From Flavobacterium sp. (GTDB lineage Bacteria > Bacteroidota > Bacteroidia > Flavobacteriales > Flavobacteriaceae), in contig JAPLEX010000046.1 of the NCBI GenBank assembly GCA_026390995.1, forward strand, positions 13,829-77,828: a stretch of DNA of 64,000 bases, in the 5' to 3' direction. Position numbers and translations under genes: made by a program. Numbering within the stretch: the first letter of the stretch is position 1; each line of letters starts with the position of its first letter. Shown here in pieces: positions 58,421-64,000 of this stretch. The notes beneath the pieces were generated by a model. It saw only the letters and a program-made list of their open reading frames with translations, made no database searches and had not been told where the DNA came from.

Positions 58421-59209
58421 ATGAATAAACAATCTTCATTGTATTTCATCCTTGTTTTGCTCATGTGCTTACAAAACACATTTGCGCAAAATAATCGATT
58501 ACATACCGCCAATACGATTGGATGGTACAACTATTTTGGAACCTTCAAAGTCTCAGAAAAATTTGGCATACACACCGAGTACCAATGGCGGAGAGATAAC
58601 CTAATTACAACTTGGCAACAAAGTCTTTTACGGGTTGGTATAAATTACAATGTAAATGCGAGAGTACAATGTAGAGTTGGCTACGCTTGGATAGAAACAT
58701 TTCCTTATGGAGAATTCCCAATTAATAGTTTGGGTAGAGATTTTACAGAACATAGAATTTTCGAAATGATTCAACTTGCTCATAAAGAAGGAATTGTTGA
58801 TTTGTCTCATCGGTTCATGCTCGAACAACGCTTTGTAGGTCGGTATTCTTCTGCTACTCAACTTACTGAAGATGAATTTCCACTGCTCCAACGCATGCGG
58901 TATATGTTTCGGTTACAAATTCCCCTGAAAGGAAACGAAATAAAAGACAAAACACCCTATGTTGCTTTGTATGATGAGATTTTTATTGGCTTTGGAGAAA
59001 ATGTAAATGCCAATATTTTTGACCAAAATAGAATAGGTGTTCTGTTGGGCTATCGCTTCAACAAAAACCTGCGACTAGAAGCAGGCTATTTAAACCAAAC
59101 TCTACAATTTGGCAGACAAATAAATGGCCAAAATGTTTTTCAAACTAATTCGGGTTTGCTCCTAAATGCACACTTTAATTTTGATTTGAGAAAACAAGCA
59201 AGTAACTAA
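58421..59209 (+). CDS. DUF2490 outer-membrane beta-barrel protein
   Basis: GWYNYFG, EYQWRR, LLRVGINY, LEQRF, RMRY, DEIFI, DQNRI..LGY. Confidence 0.85.
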   Translation: MNKQSSLYFILVLLMCLQNTFAQNNRLHTANTIGWYNYFGTFKVSEKFGIHTEYQWRRDNLITTWQQSLLRVGINYNVNARVQCRVGYAWIETFPYGEFPINSLGRDFTEHRIFEMIQLAHKEGIVDLSHRFMLEQRFVGRYSSATQLTEDEFPLLQRMRYMFRLQIPLKGNEIKDKTPYVALYDEIFIGFGENVNANIFDQNRIGVLLGYRFNKNLRLEAGYLNQTLQFGRQINGQNVFQTNSGLLLNAHFNFDLRKQASN

Positions 59210-59230
59210 AACTATCGCTTCATCTGAATT

Positions 59231-59512
59231 GAAGTGGGAATGGAAGCTAGAAGTTGGAAGTTGGGAGTTGGAAGTTTTCTAAGTATACTAAGAACTGTTT
59301 ATAAGAAATTCCAATATTGAATCCCAACACTTCGGGATCAAAATTTCGGGCCCAAACGGATAACCGAAAACTGATTTAGCCACGAATGAACGAATTTTGA
59401 AATTCCAATACCTAAATTCCAAATTCCAAAACTTCGGGACCTATTTATGTCTTCTCGACAAAATCTTTAAATCATTCAATTATTCAATCTTTAAATCTTC
59501 TAGACCTAAAAC
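59231..59512 (+). repeat. Intergenic composite element(s) between convergent genes
   Basis: AAGTTGG heptamers, AAGTATACTAAGAAC-tgttta-TAAGAAATTCCAA, ATCCCAACACTTCGGGAT hairpin, second TTGAAATTCCAA arm, CTTCGGGAC, AATCWTTM octamers. Confidence 0.85.
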
Positions 59513-59878
59513 CTAAATCTGATCTGCAATTCGTTGACACAACATCCCTACAATTCGTTTGTTTAAATCGCTTTTGTGGTCGAGGTAAAACGGGAGTTCT
59601 TCTTCGGTAAGGAGTGCCAAGACCAACCCTACTAAAACATTTCTAAGGGCGATGTCTTTTTGCATGCGCAGTTTTACAAAATTTTCGAGCGCTGCACTTT
59701 TTGCAGGAATTTCTGCAGCCTGAATTTGTGCCTTAAACAAGGCGATGATTAGATTGTTTTGAAACTTGAGTATCGGTCGTAGGCATTCGTTTTGAAATTG
59801 TTCGAGCGGCAATGAACTGCGTGTTGCATCGATTATTATTTCGCTTCGAAGAGTGAGAAGTTGCGCCGATCGTGTCAT
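59513..59878 (-). CDS. Conserved hypothetical protein (FQNECLRPILKFQ family)
   Basis: 121 aa from ATG 59878; the upstream extension in the track is translated repeat. Confidence 0.7.
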   Translation of the reverse strand: MTRSAQLLTLRSEIIIDATRSSLPLEQFQNECLRPILKFQNNLIIALFKAQIQAAEIPAKSAALENFVKLRMQKDIALRNVLVGLVLALLTEEELPFYLDHKSDLNKRIVGMLCQRIADQI

Positions 59879-59909
59879 AGTTTTTGATTTTGGTAAATAT
59901 AGTGAATAA

Positions 59910-60013
59910 GTGGGAAGTGGGGAGTGGGAAGTGGGGAGTGGGAAGTTGACTGTAAACCAACAACCGAGAACCGAGAACTGAAAACTGACAACCGACAACT
60001 GACAACTGACAAC
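59910..60013. repeat. Two abutting heptamer arrays between divergent genes
   Basis: Five TGGG(A/G)AG units, then GAGAACC/GACAACT units. Confidence 0.9.
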
Positions 60014-60084
60014 AAATTCGTTTATAAATGCAAATGCTACCACCTAAAATCATAGCTTTGCGCGGTTTCTAACTACAAGAAAAC

Positions 60085-60738
60085 ATGTTAAAAAGAACAA
60101 CTATTTCGGTGTTAATGGCTGTGTACAATACCGATTTCGTCTATATAAAAAGAGCGATAGATTCTGTATTGATGCAAGATTTTCAGGATTTCGAGCTCAT
60201 CATCATTGACGATGGCAGCAAAGAAAACAACCGAGAATCGTTGATGCAGTATGTAGAACAACACGAAGACAAAATCATTTACATTCGCCACTGCAACCAA
60301 GGTCAATCGGAATCGATCAACCGGGGCGTGAAGAACAGCAGTGGAGAATATATCACGATACTTGACAGCGACGACGAATACAAACCGCATCATTTGAGTG
60401 CTTGTCTCGATGAAATCGAAAATTTGGATTTAATTTGTTCGACTACCGAAACCATTGTAAATACCGACGCCGACTATTATGTACCCGACAAAGATGATGT
60501 GACGCAACTCATCCACTTGGATGAAACCGTTTTGTTTGGCACGCTGTTTGGCCGTAAAAAAGTGTTTAAACTCCTCAAATTTAAAACAGGCTTTGCCGCT
60601 GATGCCGATTTTTTTGAAAAAGCCACTTCCCTATTTCAAGTAAAAAAAGTAAATCTCCGCACCTACATTTACCACCGAACCATGCCCAACAGCATTTGTG
60701 CTACACTGATCAAAGCCAATTTGAGTAATGCACTTTGA
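60085..60738 (+). CDS. Glycosyltransferase family 2
   Basis: SVLMAVYN, IIIDDGS, N.G, YITILDSDD; TAGCTTTG box at 60053-60060. Confidence 0.88.
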   Translation: MLKRTTISVLMAVYNTDFVYIKRAIDSVLMQDFQDFELIIIDDGSKENNRESLMQYVEQHEDKIIYIRHCNQGQSESINRGVKNSSGEYITILDSDDEYKPHHLSACLDEIENLDLICSTTETIVNTDADYYVPDKDDVTQLIHLDETVLFGTLFGRKKVFKLLKFKTGFAADADFFEKATSLFQVKKVNLRTYIYHRTMPNSICATLIKANLSNAL

Positions 60739-61463
60739 TCTTCCGCAGATTCATCCCAGCAAAAACCTAGTATTGGCCAGTCACATTACAGGAATCTTTG
60801 ATGTGAACCGAAATACCACCTTGGCACACGACAACTATGAACTTGTGCGCGAATGGTCGGAATCATTGGCAAACGCACAAGTGCAAGGCATTCTTTTTCA
60901 CAATGGATTCTCGGAAGCAAGCTGCAAAAAATATACAACTGACTTTGTTTCATTTGTACGCATTGAATACAATCCAAGCTATAACCCAAACGTGTTTCGG
61001 TATTTTGTGTACCGCGATTTTTTAGAAAAAAATATATCTCAGCTAGATACTGTTTTTTGCACCGACGTTTCAGATGTGGTGTTGGTGAAAAACCCATTTA
61101 CGGATTCCCGGAGATGAACCCAAATTGTTGCACAACGACTGGATGCAGGCGCACGGCACGCATTTGCGGGATAAAATTGCAGACTACGCACATTTTGAAG
61201 CCGCATTTGCCAAGGATACCCTGTTGAATTGCGGGATTATTGGAGCAAACGCTCCTCTTTTTTACCAATTGATTCAGCAATTATGTGCGTTTCACGAGTT
61301 GGGCAATCGCGACAATAAAACAGTGTTCACCGGCGATATGGGCGTGTTTAATTATGTGGCCCGAACGCAATACAATACCCAACTGATTCACGGCGCACCT
61401 GTAAATACGGTATTTAAAAACTATGAAACCGAACGCAGCGATTGTTGGTTTAGGCATAAATGA
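60728..61463 (+). pseudogene. Putative GT-A-fold protein split by a frameshift near 61110
   Basis: Frame 1 ends FCTDVSDVVLVKNPFTDS; frame 2 opens GDEPKLLHNDWM..LLNCGIIG..GDMGVFNY..WFRHK. Confidence 0.7.
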
Positions 61464-62110
61464 GTGAAGTGGGAAGTTGGAAGTTGGAAGTTGGAAGTTT
61501 GCAGAGTATACTAAGAACAGTTGATTTGAAATTCCAATACCGAATCCCGAAGCTTCGGGACCAAATTCCAAAAGGGTACTTCAAGAGGAAAATCATTCAA
61601 TTTTTCAATCATTCAATCTACTTAATTAAAAAACCAAAACAGATGAGAGATAAGAGATTAGAGACAGATTAAAAATTCGTACCATTATTTTCGCAACACG
61701 GATTTATAGAAATTAGAGAACTAATTAAAAAAAAATGTGCATTTCTTCAATCCGTGTTCAAATAAAAACACTTTGCGTCCCGAGACTTCGGGTTTGCGTC
61801 TTTGCGAGAGAAATTGTATTATAAGTCATTAAGAACAGGTACAGGGTCAAATTCCAATTGTTAAAATTCCAAAATCCAAACGTTGACTCGCTGAGGAAAA
61901 TCTTTCAATCATTCAATTTTTCAATCTTTCAATCTACTTAATTAAAAAACCAAAACAGATTAGAGATGATTCTAATAAATAATTACCAATTATATTTTAA
62001 CCACGAATACACAGATTTATTTTTATAAATTGAAAACGAATTCGATCATCGTTGATGATCATTCGAATAAAATAAATGGCATCAAAAATATTCGTGAATT
62101 CGTGGCAGAA
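61464..62110. repeat. About 650 bp of nested repeat elements
   Basis: Heptamers plus arm element, perfect palindrome TCCCGAAGCTTCGGGA (61545-61560), 33-bp direct repeat (61612 and 61928), inverted repeats at 61695/61749 and 62001/62098. Confidence 0.85.
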
Positions 62111-62186
62111 TAAATACATTCAATAATTCAGCATTTTTCAATATCAGTTGCTTTTATAGTATCTTAGCTCGAAACTCATGTAACAT

Positions 62187-63065
62187 ATGTTCAAACAATT
62201 ACTTAGCGAAACCACTCAAAAATGGAGTGAACGTTTTTTCTTAAAAATTGCTATCGCATCATTTTTGATTCATTTGGCGGTGATTACTTTGGTAAATCTA
62301 GATGTCATTCACATCAGTAAATCATCCAACTTTTTTGTCAATCCAATAGCGGCAATCTATACCCCTTTTTCATTTATCTTGGTGTACGAAGTATATTTAT
62401 TGCTGTATTATTTGCCGCGATCTCTCACCACTTACATCCATAAACAGTATGAAATTATTCTACTGATCATTATGCGAAGACTATTTAAAGATTTGGCCAA
62501 CATCACCATCACGCCAAATTGGTATTCCTTAAAATATGATTTACAATTCACCTATGACATTGTCACCGCATTGATTTTGTTTTTCTTGATTTATTTATTT
62601 TACGTAGAAAGCAGAAAAAGGGTTGAAATCGTGCACTATTCTCCTGAACAAGAAAAGGGAATTGATACCTATGTGAAAATTAAACGAACCATCGCTGCTA
62701 GCCTAGTGCCTGTTGTTATTGTATTGGCCCTGTATTCCTTGGTTAACTGGTTGGCGCATACCATCATTGCAGTAGAAGAATCTGATGATGTATTTAAAAA
62801 CATCAACAATGTATTTTTTGAGCAGTTTTTCACCTTGTTGGTCATCGTAGACGTGTTGTTGTTATTGGTTTCCTTTTTTCATACCGACAAATTTCATAAA
62901 GTCATTCGAAATTCGGGTTTTATTATTTCTACCATTTTAATTCGACTCTCCTTTACAGTTGAAGGTTTGATGAATAACATTTTGGTTGTTGTGGCTATTT
63001 TATTTGGATTAATTATTCTTGTCATTCACAATAAGTTCGAAAAAAAAATGCAGCTGGAAGCTTAG
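62187..63065 (+). CDS. Hypothetical polytopic membrane protein
   Basis: 292 aa, about 7-8 hydrophobic segments. Confidence 0.8.
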   Translation: MFKQLLSETTQKWSERFFLKIAIASFLIHLAVITLVNLDVIHISKSSNFFVNPIAAIYTPFSFILVYEVYLLLYYLPRSLTTYIHKQYEIILLIIMRRLFKDLANITITPNWYSLKYDLQFTYDIVTALILFFLIYLFYVESRKRVEIVHYSPEQEKGIDTYVKIKRTIAASLVPVVIVLALYSLVNWLAHTIIAVEESDDVFKNINNVFFEQFFTLLVIVDVLLLLVSFFHTDKFHKVIRNSGFIISTILIRLSFTVEGLMNNILVVVAILFGLIILVIHNKFEKKMQLEA

Positions 63066-63096
63066 AGATTTGGAAAAAGCAAACTTGATTTAAAAA

Positions 63097-63201
63097 GATG
63101 GAAGTGGGGAGTTGGAAGTTGGAAGTTGGAAATTGGGATTTAACCGACAACTGATAACTCACAACCCATAACTGACTACTGACTACTGACAACTGACAAC
63201 C
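63097..63201. repeat. Two abutting heptamer arrays between convergent genes
   Basis: GGAAGTT-type units, then GACAACT/GACTACT units. Confidence 0.9.
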
Positions 63202-63248
63202 AAAATTGTGGAACAAATGAGGTATTATCTGGGATCAGCCAACAAAAA

Positions 63249-63629
63249 TTAATGCACTTCTATATCCAAAGATTCTAATAGAGCCATCAAGTAAATGGTT
63301 TCGTTGGCGTCGTATTTTTCAATACCGCTTTTGTACCATTGTTCGATAATTTGTAATTGATGGGGATTGTATTGCGCATATTCAATGATCATACCCAACA
63401 TACCCGCCAACATAAATTCCTCTAAGATTTTATCGGTTAGGATGTGTTTGGGAATACCCATTGATATTTTTCCGTTCAATCGTTCGTATTCTTCACGCCC
63501 GTATTGGAAGCCCGAATTGAATGCTTTGTTGGATTGATCAACCATGTGATTTTCTACACTTGGATTTAGTCCAATAGTAAATCCTTGCATATATTCTTCA
63601 CGGTAAACGGGGTTATAAAAATCTTCCAT
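63249..63629 (-). CDS. Hypothetical protein
   Basis: 126-aa ORF with an A/T-rich upstream region; no family recognised. Confidence 0.65.
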   Translation of the reverse strand: MEDFYNPVYREEYMQGFTIGLNPSVENHMVDQSNKAFNSGFQYGREEYERLNGKISMGIPKHILTDKILEEFMLAGMLGMIIEYAQYNPHQLQIIEQWYKSGIEKYDANETIYLMALLESLDIEVH

Positions 63630-63863
63630 ATAAGTATTAGTTCTTAAATTCTAAACAAACATATTGGCTAAAATTTAAACAAAAAATAATATTCGTTAAA
63701 CGGACAAAAAACTCTACCAACGCCACACCCCTTGCTGTTAATCGATAAAAAAAGAGTCAAATTCGGTTTTTTTAGACATTAATGCCCCTAATTTTATCTC
63801 CTTGACTTGCTACTAAGCCAACTAAAACTCTATAAATTTGAGGTGATTATTATTTATGCGACC

Positions 63864-64000
63864 ATGAAAAATTTTATACTGTTATTCCTGTTGTTATTAG
63901 GTGTCCAAAACTGGGCGCAACAAATCGAAGTATTGGAAAAAAATGATACTGTGCAACGCCCAAAATACCAGCAATTCATATACCTCAGCCCTTCCGCTTC
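63864..64000 (+). CDS. Partial exported protein running off the window end
   Basis: MKNFILLFLLLLGVQNWAQQIEV.. signal peptide; TAAATTTG box at 63833-63840. Confidence 0.65.
   Translation, partial: MKNFILLFLLLLGVQNWAQQIEVLEKNDTVQRPKYQQFIYLSPSA

Noticed and set aside
59733-60053. ORFs with CQLSVV/FPLPTS repeats (also 63022-63216, 61460-61672 and the N-terminal extension of 59513-60043)
   Set aside because: They are translations of heptamer arrays, not plausible proteins
57193-63201. Possible CRISPR array or integron attC array
   Set aside because: No constant 23-47 bp repeats with unique spacers, no cas or intI gene, and no RYYYAAC..GTTRRRY-bounded hairpins recognised
1-64000. rRNA, tRNA, riboswitch, prophage, IS or defence genes
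   Set aside because: None recognised by eye; a covariance-model search was not possible, so small RNAs are not excluded

Overview
Bacteroidota DNA, very probably a Flavobacterium: many TAnnTTTG -7 promoter boxes, no Shine-Dalgarno sites, T9SS cargo and a SusC/SusD pair. About 60 CDS; no rRNA, tRNA, CRISPR array or transposase recognised. 1-17.6 kb and 35-57 kb are mostly housekeeping (ychF, serC, serA, pyrC-like, bcp, nth, ECF sigma, uvrA, rdgB, two DEAD-box helicases, cobB, purB, guaB, pyrD). 17.7-34.9 kb is a beta-1,3-glucan (laminarin-type) utilization locus: two GH16, GH3, surface glycan-binding lipoprotein, SusD, a broken SusC, a Y_Y_Y/LuxR regulator and two apparently non-catalytic T9SS proteins with matching promoter architecture. 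37.8-47 kb is an envelope cluster: flippase, GT4, YfhO, DUF4834, an outer-membrane barrel, a bacterial ceramide-synthase-like N-acyltransferase and a SulA/CapB-like cysteate acyltransferase. 57-64 kb is an accessory region of small genes separated by repeats. Best leads: (1) a modular intergenic element (heptamer array starting at or just after a stop codon, conserved ARTATAMTDAGAAC arm, 6-bp spacer, second arm) that looks like a recombination site; (2) a candidate sulfonolipid N-acyltransferase next to the capnine synthase; (3) non-catalytic secreted glycan-binding proteins and a putative operator in the PUL; (4) a degenerate PncC-NadD fusion. At least four genes carry apparent short internal deletions, which may be assembly artefacts. 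All family assignments come from motif recognition and memory; no database search was run.
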